Below are positions 9,286 to 18,121 of a stretch of DNA of 64,000 nt, one piece after another. This DNA is from an uncultured delta proteobacterium (GTDB lineage Bacteria > Myxococcota_A > UBA9160 > UBA4427). The notes under the pieces are model-generated. The model saw only the letters and a list, made by a program, of their open reading frames with translations. It was not told the DNA's origin and did not search any database. The first letter of the stretch is position 1. Each line of letters begins with the position of its first letter. Both the position numbers and the translations under genes were made by a program. Location of the stretch: NCBI GenBank assembly GCA_963822965.1, contig CAWGJT010000006.1:532982-596981 (forward strand). Reading direction: 5' to 3'.

Positions 9286-10359
9286 CGCGAGGTGGTCCAC
9301 GGCCATGCCGTCCTCGAGCTCGGCGTTCCCCACCGTGACGACGAGATCGCCAGGCTCGAGGGCGTCGCCAAGGACCTCGGCTTCTCCGTCGGACACCACG
9401 CCGAGCCGGACCCGGTGGGCGACAGCCCGACCGTCGCGAACGGTGAACAGCTGCCACGCGTCGTCCTTCGGGAGGACGCTGGAGCGCGGAACCACGAGAG
9501 CGTCCTTCGATTCACGGGCGATGCTCGCCCGCAGGTATCCGTCGAGCATCAGGCCGCTGTCGGGCGGCAGGGACACATAGACGTCCACCAGGCGGGTCGC
9601 AGGATTGATGCGGCGAGTCACGAGGCGCACCGTTCCACCGATCTCGCGGCTGGCCGGCTGGTTGACCGGAAGCAGGGCGACGCTCTGCCCGACCGAGACC
9701 GCGACGAGATCCTCCGGCTCGACGCCGATCTTCGCTTCGATCTCGTCGGTCGCGATGATCTCGACGAGCGCGGCCCCGCCCGCGACGAGCTGGCCGTCCT
9801 GCACCGCCACGTTGGCGACGATTCCCTCGGAGGGCGCGCGGAGGAGGCCCGCCGTATCGGCGCCTTCGCGTTCCAGGCTCGCGAGCTGCAGCGCGGCCTG
9901 GGTGGCCGCCCTCTCGGCGGAGTTGAGATCCTGATTGGTGGCGAGCTTCAGGTCGAACCGCTCCTGGGTCTGCTTCAGCTCCTTCCGAGCGAGGTCCGCC
10001 GCGCTGCGCGCCTGGTTGACCTGCAGCTGCGTGGAAGGACTGGCGGCGATCGCGAGCAGGGGGTCGCCCTTCTCGACCGGCTGACCGGGAGCGACGAGGA
10101 CGTGGCTCACCCGTGCCTCGTAGGCGACCGAGGTCGTCTGGAGCTTCCCCGGTTGGGCGATGACGCTGCCGTAGGCGGTGACGGTCTCCGCGATCGTCTT
10201 GCGGCCCACCTTCACCGCCTCGACGAACGCGGTGGTCGCGTTCGATTCCGAGCCCGAGCCCGCGGGCGGCTCGGGCTCGGAGCACGCCGACCACCAGCCT
10301 ACCGCGAGGACGACGCTGGCAATCGGGACCGCGAGGACAAGGATTCGGCGCGGGCTCAT
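9286..10359 (-). CDS. efflux RND periplasmic adaptor (membrane fusion protein, HlyD/AcrA family); no in-frame stop before the RND ATG
   Basis: MSPRRILVLAVPIASVVLAVGWWSACS lipobox/signal; coiled-coil and beta-barrel MFP signature; ends ...VVTVGNAELEDGMAVDHLA and reads straight into MNFSDW. ATG at 10359 overlaps the OMF stop (ATGA). Confidence 0.7.
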
Positions 10360-11747
10360 GAGTCGTGGATCTGCGGCAGATAGCGTCCGGAGGCGATCTC
10401 CAGGGCCACCCACGCTTCGATCAGCTGCTGCTCGAGCTTGAGCAGCTCGACCTGGCGAAGGACGAGGTTGTAGCGAGTCTGGTAGTAGCTGATCACGTCC
10501 GTGTTTCCCTCGTCGAGGGCTGACTTCGCCGTCGTCACCAGTCGCTCGAGAGTCGGCACGGCTCTCGCCGCCTCGGCCACCTGGCGGTCGATCAGCCGGA
10601 TGTCGGACAGCGCAGTCGCGATGTCGGAGTGAGCTCGAAAGACGCGGTCGGCGTATTCGTCGAAGAGCTTCTGGCGCGTCGCACGCTCGCTGGCGATCGT
10701 GCCTTGATTCCGATCGAAGAGGGGGAGGTCCAGGGTGACGCCGAAACCGACGGTCTGCACGTCGGACGTGTCCCCTGCGCGGTTGAAGCCGATGGAAATC
10801 CTCGGGAACTGGGCGAGGATGGCCGCGCGCAGGTTGGCGTCCTCGCTCTCGTAGCCGGCCTTCAACGCGAGAAGATCGAGACGGTGGGTCTCCACTCCGG
10901 TCGTCAACTCGGACTCGGACGGTGGTTCGAGCCGGGTCGGCAATCGGGGGGTCTCGATGCGGGCGGGCGTATCCGAGGGGAATCCCATCGCCCGATTCAG
11001 CGCGAGACGCTCCCGCGCCAGGTCCTGCTCGAGACCCAGGGCCGTCAGCCTCGCATCCTCGCTGGTGGACTCCGCCGCCGACAGATCGAGAACCGTCTTC
11101 TCGTGCCGCTCTACCGCCTCTTGGAGCGTGGCCACGTTCTCGCGCAACGCCCGGTCGGCCTCGTCCGCGGCAGCGAGCTGCGCTTCGAGCGACGCGACCT
11201 TGTAGACGGCGGTACGGGCTGCCTGCGCGGTCAGCCACTCCACCCACGCCACGTCGAGATCCACGGAACGGACGTTGGCGCGGGCGGCTTCGCCCCTCGT
11301 CGACAGCGTGACGAGCGACGTCACGTCCCAGCTCGCCCCGAAGCCGAACGCCGTGACGGTGCCGGCCGTATTGCCCCCGACGACGTAGTCTCGACCGTAG
11401 GAGATCTGCGGGTTCGGCAGCACGCCCGCCTGGACGAGCTGCGCGGTCGCCAGTCCCCGCCGGTTGCGATCCGCCCGCAGCGTCGGATTGAGCAGTACGG
11501 CCAGCACCGCGGCCTCGTCTGGATTCACTCCGTCGCTGAGGTCGATCTCCATTGGACGGAGGATCGGATGCTCGATCTGCGAAGCGGCGACCCGCAGCAC
11601 CGCGACCTCGGGAACCCGGAGACTCTCCTCGACTGCCGCCTCGGTGAGCGGTTTCGGATGGTAGATCGAGCAACCCGAAGACACGAGGAGGCAGCTTGCG
11701 GCCAGCCGGAGCGGGAATCGTGGAATTCGAGCCATTCTCGGGACCAT
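10356..11747 (-). CDS. efflux outer membrane factor lipoprotein (TolC/NodT family)
   Basis: Track ORF 10356..11846; MVPRMARIPRFPLRLAASCLLVSSGCS lipoprotein signal; two repeated TolC-like halves; start 11747 (or 11735). Confidence 0.75.
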   Translation of the reverse strand: MVPRMARIPRFPLRLAASCLLVSSGCSIYHPKPLTEAAVEESLRVPEVAVLRVAASQIEHPILRPMEIDLSDGVNPDEAAVLAVLLNPTLRADRNRRGLATAQLVQAGVLPNPQISYGRDYVVGGNTAGTVTAFGFGASWDVTSLVTLSTRGEAARANVRSVDLDVAWVEWLTAQAARTAVYKVASLEAQLAAADEADRALRENVATLQEAVERHEKTVLDLSAAESTSEDARLTALGLEQDLARERLALNRAMGFPSDTPARIETPRLPTRLEPPSESELTTGVETHRLDLLALKAGYESEDANLRAAILAQFPRISIGFNRAGDTSDVQTVGFGVTLDLPLFDRNQGTIASERATRQKLFDEYADRVFRAHSDIATALSDIRLIDRQVAEAARAVPTLERLVTTAKSALDEGNTDVISYYQTRYNLVLRQVELLKLEQQLIEAWVALEIASGRYLPQIHDS

Positions 11748-11846
11748 GAGGTCTGCCCAGGCTATGCAACGCCTCCCGCCGCGGCAAGCAGACGACGCGG
11801 CGATCGGGAATACTCCGCTCGGCGCCCTGCGCGGTCGGCCAAACAC

Positions 11847-12032
11847 CCCAATGCCTGACGAATCGCTGCGTCTTGCTCGGTCCGTGCCGCGATCCGAGCC
11901 CGACGCCAGGACCTCGTGGGAATGAGATTGTCGCGCTCAGGCTGGTTCCGCCGTTCTCGCGCGATCCGCGAGGGCTGGCACGCTCTGCTGCACGCGGGAA
12001 GCACACGGAAGGACGCATCGGGGCTAGAGGCC
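11847..12032 (+). repeat. dispersed ~187-bp intergenic repeat, copy 1 (about 91% identical to 35706-35892)
   Basis: Direct alignment of cccaatgcctgacgaatcgctgcgtcttgctcggtccgtgccgcgatccgagcccgacgccaggacctcgtgggaatgagattgtcgcgctcaggctggttccgcc... with the second locus; about 17 mismatches and 1 indel over 187 bp. Confidence 0.8.
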
Positions 12033-12188
12033 CGGCCGGAAAGTGCGACCTGCATTCGAGCGCCCCCGCGGCGCCCTGGCTGCGTTCCGCTCCCGTCGCC
12101 GTAGCTTCGGCTACGCCTCGGTCGCGCGCCTTGCCAGGACGCCGCGGATGACGCTCTCGGTGCCGCGGTACACTTTCCGGCCGGGCCT

Positions 12189-14042
12189 CTAGAGCCTACG
12201 GCTCTTCTCGAGCACGTCGGTCAGGTTCTTCACGATACGATTCCGCTGCTTCTCGTCGAGCCCCAGGATGTGCTCGAGGCCGACGGCCACCTGCGGGATG
12301 TACTTCTCGATGTAGGCGCGCTTCTTGGCCTCGTCGGCAGCCCGGCGCCCCTTGCGGATGTGGGTGGCGACCCGCCGGCCGCATTCCTGCAGACCGAGCC
12401 GCAGCTCCTTGATGATTTCGGGATAGTGGGCGATCGCCTCCTTGCTTTCGGACGTGAACGGCACCCACACGCTCGCGATGTGCACCATCACCAGGGCCGG
12501 ACCCACGGGCAGCGCGCCCCGGGGCTGCTGGAGCTGGTAGGCGCGCCAGTCGGTCTGGACCACCGCCCGCGTGATCGCGCAGGCGCCCTGCTGGTACTGC
12601 AGGGGCACGCGGTTCGCGAAGCGGTAGAGGGTGATGGACTGCTCGGCGCCCATGTCGCCGCCGTAGGCGAGACCCACCTCGACGAGAAAGGGGTTGCCGC
12701 GATAGACGGCCGGCCGGCGGGTCACCGCAGCGTAGAAGTCCGCCTTCACCTCGGCCCGCAGGGCCCGCAGGATCAGGTCCTCGCCGATGGGCGCGATGCA
12801 GTCCGCGGGCGGGTTCATGATCTTCGTCTTCTGGATCGCCCGGTGGATGCGTTCGGCCTCGTTGCGGGTCACGTCCCGCGGCCGCCGCTTCGACGACACC
12901 TCGGCGCGCGCGCAGATCTCCTCGGCGGTGCGCGCCGAAACCCGCGCGAAGTCGCCCTGGAGACAGGTCCTCACGTTGCGGGCCTTGGTGTCGCGCAGCA
13001 TCTGCATCAGGACGCCGAGCTCCACACCGTAGGGATGGGGCTTGATCTCCGCCGTGAGGGGCGGCAGCTCCTTGGCGACGCGCGGAAACTCGATGGTGGG
13101 CTCCGAAGCGGCCGAGTCGCCGCCTCCTCCCGGCGCGGCTCCCTCCGCCGCCGGAGGCGCAACCGGCGGGACGTAGGTGATCTTCGCATGGGGGTTGGCG
13201 AGGGAGATCTGTCGAACGTAGGAGTCGACCGAGTGCTGCCCGCCGCGGTAGTTGCCTTCGAGCTCGATCTCCACCCGCGTGCCGTGGTCGACCGGCCAGG
13301 CCACGACCTTCTCGACCGACACCCGCGGCTCGTTCTTCTGGGTATCGATCACCAGCTCGAAGTGGTGGGCGTCCTTCCGCTTGCCGGTCCGGGTCAGGAT
13401 CTTGACGGGACGACCGGTCGTGATCAGCCCGTACATGCCCGCCGCGCTGATCCCGATGCCCTGCTGGCCCCGGCTCTGCCGCAGACGGTGGAACTTCGAG
13501 CCATAGAGGAGACGGCCGAAGATCTTCGGCACCTGGCCCCGCACGATGCCGGGACCGTTGTCCTCGATGGCGACGCGGAAGCGGGACTCGCCCTGCTGGG
13601 TGATCTCGACCCGGATGTCCGGCAGGATGCCCGCCTCCTCACAGGCGTCGAGGGAGTTGTCGACTCCCTCCTTGACGGTGGTGAGCAGGGCCTTCGAGGG
13701 ATTGTCGAACCCCAGCAGGTGCCGGTTCTTGGCGAAGAACTCGGAGACCGAGATGTCGCGCTGCTTGCGGCCCTGCTCGACCGCATCGGCGTGATGTACG
13801 GGCTTCGGCGCGCGACGAACCGCGGTGGCCTGGCGCGCGCCTTTTCGCTTCGCGGGCTTGCGGGTCGGCGGTCGCCTGCCGCCTGCCTGCCGCTTCGCCG
13901 GTTCCCGGGCCGGCTTCGCCTTCGCCTTCTTCTTCTTCTTCTTCTTCGACCTCTTCGGAGCTCTCGCCTTCGCGGCGGGCGCCCTGCGTTTGCGCCTCGT
14001 AGGCTCGCGCTTTTCGGGCTTTCGCGCGGAACGGGCCGCCAT
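12189..14042 (-). CDS. top6B: DNA topoisomerase VI subunit B (GHKL ATPase) with about 95-aa K/R-rich N-terminal tail
   Basis: Bergerat-fold motifs: N-box [10 protein letters not shown]1 DNGPGI, G2 GQQGIGISA; transducer domain follows. Start ATG at 14040-14042, preceded by GGGGGAGAGG RBS. Tail is [52 protein letters not shown]... Confidence 0.8.
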   Translation of the reverse strand: MAARSARKPEKREPTRRKRRAPAAKARAPKRSKKKKKKKAKAKPAREPAKRQAGGRRPPTRKPAKRKGARQATAVRRAPKPVHHADAVEQGRKQRDISVSEFFAKNRHLLGFDNPSKALLTTVKEGVDNSLDACEEAGILPDIRVEITQQGESRFRVAIEDNGPGIVRGQVPKIFGRLLYGSKFHRLRQSRGQQGIGISAAGMYGLITTGRPVKILTRTGKRKDAHHFELVIDTQKNEPRVSVEKVVAWPVDHGTRVEIELEGNYRGGQHSVDSYVRQISLANPHAKITYVPPVAPPAAEGAAPGGGGDSAASEPTIEFPRVAKELPPLTAEIKPHPYGVELGVLMQMLRDTKARNVRTCLQGDFARVSARTAEEICARAEVSSKRRPRDVTRNEAERIHRAIQKTKIMNPPADCIAPIGEDLILRALRAEVKADFYAAVTRRPAVYRGNPFLVEVGLAYGGDMGAEQSITLYRFANRVPLQYQQGACAITRAVVQTDWRAYQLQQPRGALPVGPALVMVHIASVWVPFTSESKEAIAHYPEIIKELRLGLQECGRRVATHIRKGRRAADEAKKRAYIEKYIPQVAVGLEHILGLDEKQRNRIVKNLTDVLEKSRRL

Positions 14043-14299
14043 CGTCCTCTCCCCCCGAGAGCAGCCCCCGATCATGCCCGATCGATCCCGGGCGTTCCAG
14101 CGAAGATCCTCGCGATCGAGTCCCGCGAACCGCGTGGCGATCGGCGCGGGACCGCGGACGGAACCCGCCTGCGCGGCGCCACCGATCCCTTGGGGGGGCG
14201 AGCTCCGCCCCTCGCGACCCGTGCCGAAAAGGAGCATGCTCTCGGGTCCCCGCTCGGAATAGAGGATCACACGACCCGAATCGCTCGAGGAGACTCGCT

Positions 14300-16369
14300 A
14301 TGCAGAACGTCGATCGCCGGAACACCCGCAACTTTGCGTTGATCGGTCATGCGGGTGACGGCAAGACGTCTCTGGGCGAAGCGATCCTGCACGCCGCCGG
14401 GGCCACCTCCGAGCTCGGGCGCGTGGACGCCGGCACCTCCGTGCTCAACTACCTGCCCGAGGAGCGAGACGGGCACACCGCGTCGATCTCGGCCCACATC
14501 TACGCGTTCGACTGGAACGGCAATCATCTCACCCTCGTCGACACTCCCGGCGACCGGAACTTCCAGGGCGACGGGCTCGTCGCCCTCCAGGCCGTCGACG
14601 GGGCGGTGCTGACCCTCTCCGCCGTCGACGGCATGAAGGTGGGCAGCGAGAAGATGCTCTCCGCGGCCCAGGATGCCGGCGTTTCGGTGCTGGTCTTCGT
14701 GAACGGCGTGGACCGGGAGCGCGCCGACTTCGCCACCACCCTCGCGTCGCTCGGCGATCTGGGCGTGCACCCCGCGGTCGTGGCCTTTCCCATGGGCGAG
14801 CACGAGTCCCTCTCCGGCGTGATCGACGTGCTCCACATGAAGGCCGTGACGTCCGACGGCACCGGCGAGATTCCCCCGGAGTACGCGGACGAGGCGGCGA
14901 CCCGGCGGGAGCAGCTCATGGAGAGCGTCGCCGAGTGCAACGACGAGATGCTGGAGCGCTACCTCGACGAGGGAGAGCTCAGCGAGGAGGAGCTGCGCAG
15001 CGGCCTCGTGCAGGGCGCCAAGGCGGGGCAGATCCTGCCCGTGCTGTGCGGGTCCGCGACGGCCGAGGTGGGCGTCGATCTCCTCCTCCGCGACCTGCTC
15101 GAGCTGCTCCCCTCACCCGTCGAGCGCGGCGAGTGGCCGGCCACGAACCTCGCCGACGGGAGCGAGGCGGCCGTGGCTCCCGATCCCGCCGGCACCTTCT
15201 CGGCCGTCGTGATGAAGACGGTGATCGATCGCTACACCGGCACCCTCTCGGTCCTTCGCGTGGTCTCCGGCACCCTGCAGCCCGACGGCAGCGTCACCAA
15301 CGCCACCACCGGGGAGAAGCTGCGCGTCGGCAAGCTGCTGGCGCTGCAGGGCGACAAGCACGTCGAGGTGGCCGAGGCGGGACCGGGAGACATCGTGGCG
15401 GTTGCGAAGCTCAAGGACACCCACACCGGGAACGTCCTCACCGCCGAGAAGGGCGGCGTTCGCCTCGCGGAGCCGACGATTCCCCAGGGCGTCATCTCCT
15501 ACGCGATCGAGGCGGCGTCCCAGAAGGACGAGGACAAGGTGTTCCAGTCGCTGCACCGCCTGTGCGAGGAGGACCCCTCCCTGCACGTCGGTCGCGAGCC
15601 CACCACCGGGGAGTTCCTGCTCACGGGCATGGGCGAGCTCCACGTCCGCACCACGGTCAAGAAGCTCGAGCGCATGTTCGAGGTGAAGATCGAGCTGCGC
15701 ACCCCGAAGGTTCCCTACCGCGAGACGATCACGAAGCCCGTGCAGCACGTGGAGGGCAAGCTCAAGAAGCAGTCGGGCGGCGCCGGCATGTTCGGGGTCT
15801 GCTACCTGGACGTCGAGCCACTGCCGCGGTCCGCCGGCTTCGAGTTCGAGGACAAGATCGTGGGCGGCGCGATCCCGCGGAACCTCATCCCCGCCGTCGA
15901 GAAGGGCGTCGTCGAGGCACTGGCCCGCGGCCCCCTGGCCGGCTATCCGCTGGTCGACCTCCGCGTCCGCTGCGTCGACGGCAAGTACCACTCGGTCGAC
16001 TCCAACGAGATGGCCTTCAAGCTGGCGGGCTCGTTCGGGCTCAAGACCGCCGTCGAGCAGGCGAGGCCGGTGCTCCTCGAGCCCTACATGAAGGTCGAGA
16101 TCATGGTGCCGGACGACTCGGTGGGCGACATCATGGGCGACATCGCGAGCCGACGGGGCGTGGTGCAGACCACCGAGGTCCGCGGCAACACGAGCGTGGT
16201 GATCGCCAAGGTGCCCATGGCCGAGATGCTCGAATACGCCAGCACGCTCACCAGCCTCACCGGCGGCAAGGGCGAGTTCCACCTGGAGTTCTCGCACTAC
16301 GACGTGGTTCCCGCGAAGATCGCCGAGAAGCTCGTCGACGAGGCGCAGTCCGCCGGCGCCAAGGGCTAG
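14300..16369 (+). CDS. elongation factor G paralog (EF-G-like translational GTPase)
   Basis: NFALIGHAGDGKTSLGEAIL G1 motif, DTPGDRNF, EF-G domains II-V; 689 aa. Confidence 0.85.
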   Translation: MQNVDRRNTRNFALIGHAGDGKTSLGEAILHAAGATSELGRVDAGTSVLNYLPEERDGHTASISAHIYAFDWNGNHLTLVDTPGDRNFQGDGLVALQAVDGAVLTLSAVDGMKVGSEKMLSAAQDAGVSVLVFVNGVDRERADFATTLASLGDLGVHPAVVAFPMGEHESLSGVIDVLHMKAVTSDGTGEIPPEYADEAATRREQLMESVAECNDEMLERYLDEGELSEEELRSGLVQGAKAGQILPVLCGSATAEVGVDLLLRDLLELLPSPVERGEWPATNLADGSEAAVAPDPAGTFSAVVMKTVIDRYTGTLSVLRVVSGTLQPDGSVTNATTGEKLRVGKLLALQGDKHVEVAEAGPGDIVAVAKLKDTHTGNVLTAEKGGVRLAEPTIPQGVISYAIEAASQKDEDKVFQSLHRLCEEDPSLHVGREPTTGEFLLTGMGELHVRTTVKKLERMFEVKIELRTPKVPYRETITKPVQHVEGKLKKQSGGAGMFGVCYLDVEPLPRSAGFEFEDKIVGGAIPRNLIPAVEKGVVEALARGPLAGYPLVDLRVRCVDGKYHSVDSNEMAFKLAGSFGLKTAVEQARPVLLEPYMKVEIMVPDDSVGDIMGDIASRRGVVQTTEVRGNTSVVIAKVPMAEMLEYASTLTSLTGGKGEFHLEFSHYDVVPAKIAEKLVDEAQSAGAKG

Positions 16370-16393
16370 GCCGCTCCCGCCCGGACTGGATCC

Positions 16394-17173
16394 ATGCCGA
16401 CGTCCCCGCCTGCCGCCCAACGCCTCGAAGGCAAGGTCGCGCTCGTCTCGGGCGCGGCGCGGGGCATGGGGGCCGCCGAGGCCCGGCTCTTCGCGGCGCA
16501 CGGCGCCCGAGTGGTGCTGGGCGACATTCGGAAGGAGCCCGTGCAGCAGCTCGCCGACGAGCTCGCCGCCGCGGGACGCGAGGCCTTCGCCTGGCAGCTC
16601 GACGTGCGCGACGAGCGCTCGTGGCGCGCCGTCGTCGAAGCCGCCGAGCAGCGCTTCGGACGCCTGGACGTGCTCGTCAACAACGCCGGGATCGCCGATC
16701 CCGCCGGCATCGAGGACACCAGCCGGGAACGATGGGACGAGATCGTCGCCGTGAACCAGACGGGCACCTGGCTCGGCATGAAGTCCGCCGTGCCCGCGAT
16801 GCGCCGCGCGGGCGCCGGCTCGATCGTCAACGTCTCGTCCATCTACGGCATCGTGGGAAGCAGCGGCTCCGCCGCCTACCACGCCGCCAAGGGCGCCGTC
16901 CGCGTCCTCACCAAGCAGGCGGCGATCGAGTATGCGCCGGCGAAGATCCGGGTGAATTCGATCCATCCCGGATTCATCGACACGCCGATGCTCCGGGCCC
17001 CGTTCGAAGGCCGGCCGGACGAGCTCGCGGGCGCGATCGCCGCGCTCACGCCCCTGGGTCGAGTGGGCACGCCGGAGGAGATCGCGAACGCGGCGTTGTT
17101 CCTCGCTTCCGACGAATCGTCGTTCGTGACCGGCGCCGAGCTGGTCGTGGACGGCGGCTACACGGCGCGCTGA
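16394..17173 (+). CDS. SDR family oxidoreductase
   Basis: GKVALVSGAARGMG Rossmann motif, NNAG, catalytic YHAAK. Confidence 0.8.
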   Translation: MPTSPPAAQRLEGKVALVSGAARGMGAAEARLFAAHGARVVLGDIRKEPVQQLADELAAAGREAFAWQLDVRDERSWRAVVEAAEQRFGRLDVLVNNAGIADPAGIEDTSRERWDEIVAVNQTGTWLGMKSAVPAMRRAGAGSIVNVSSIYGIVGSSGSAAYHAAKGAVRVLTKQAAIEYAPAKIRVNSIHPGFIDTPMLRAPFEGRPDELAGAIAALTPLGRVGTPEEIANAALFLASDESSFVTGAELVVDGGYTAR

Positions 17174-17185
17174 TCCGTCCGCCGC

Positions 17186-18121
17186 ATGCCCGACCTGCCC
17201 CTCGACACCCACCTGCACTTCGGGTTCATGACGGGGGTACGCGGCCCCGACGAGGCGCGCGCCGTCGCGGCGCTCGCCGATCGCCTGTCCTTCGACTCGC
17301 TCTGGGTCGGCGATCACGTGGCCTTCGCGATCCCGATCCTGGACCCCCTGCTGCAGCTCGCCCAGCTGGCCGCCTTCTCGCGCCGCGTGTGGCTCGGCAC
17401 CAGCGTCTATCTGCTGCCGCTGCGCCATCCCGTTCCCACCGCGAAGCAGGTCGCCACGCTGGACGTGCTGTGCGGGGGCCGGCTGATCTTCGGCGTGGGT
17501 GTGGGGGGCGAGTTTCCCGGCGAGTACGCGGCCTGCGGCGTGCCCGTGCGCGAACGCGGCGCGAGGCTCGAAGAGGCGATTCCCCTGGTGCGGGCGCTGG
17601 TCCGCGGCGAGGCCGTCACCGGCGACGGACGCTTCCATCCCTTCCCCGAGACGCGCCTGCTCCCGCCCTCGCCCCAGCCGCAGGGGCCACCCATCTGGTG
17701 CGGCGGCCGCTCGCCCGCGGCGCTCGCACGCGCGGGCCGCCTGGCGGACGGCTGGGTGTCCTACGTGGTCGAGCCCGACCGCTACCGTCAGGGGCTCGAG
17801 ACCATCGCCGGGGTCGCCGAGCGGGCCGGCCGGCCGCTCGAGCGCTTCGACAGCGCGCACCTGCTCTTCCTCCGGATCGACGACGCGCGGGAGAAGTCGC
17901 TCGACGTCGCCACGAGCCACCTCTCGCAGCGCTACGCGATGGACTTCCGCCGGGCGGCGGATCGCTACGCGGCCCTGGGAGCACCGGCGGACGTCGCCGA
18001 GCGCATCCACGCCTTCCGCGCGGCCGGCGTGCGGCACTTCATCCTGGATTGCGTGGGGCCGCCGTCCGACCGGGACGCGCAGCTCGAACGCTTCGCCGCC
18101 GAGGTGAGGCCGCTGCTGTGA
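17186..18121 (+). CDS. LLM class flavin/F420-dependent oxidoreductase
   Basis: Luciferase-like TIM-barrel signature (LHFGFMTGV..., LWVGDHV, GGRLIFGVGVGG); 311 aa. Confidence 0.75.
   Translation: MPDLPLDTHLHFGFMTGVRGPDEARAVAALADRLSFDSLWVGDHVAFAIPILDPLLQLAQLAAFSRRVWLGTSVYLLPLRHPVPTAKQVATLDVLCGGRLIFGVGVGGEFPGEYAACGVPVRERGARLEEAIPLVRALVRGEAVTGDGRFHPFPETRLLPPSPQPQGPPIWCGGRSPAALARAGRLADGWVSYVVEPDRYRQGLETIAGVAERAGRPLERFDSAHLLFLRIDDAREKSLDVATSHLSQRYAMDFRRAADRYAALGAPADVAERIHAFRAAGVRHFILDCVGPPSDRDAQLERFAAEVRPLL

Noticed and set aside
11750-12190. tRNA/ncRNA gene in the top6B-OMF intergenic region
   Set aside because: No cloverleaf-compatible sequence seen. The region is largely accounted for by the dispersed repeat plus a short UUCG-looped hairpin (about 12085-12105) with no U-tract.
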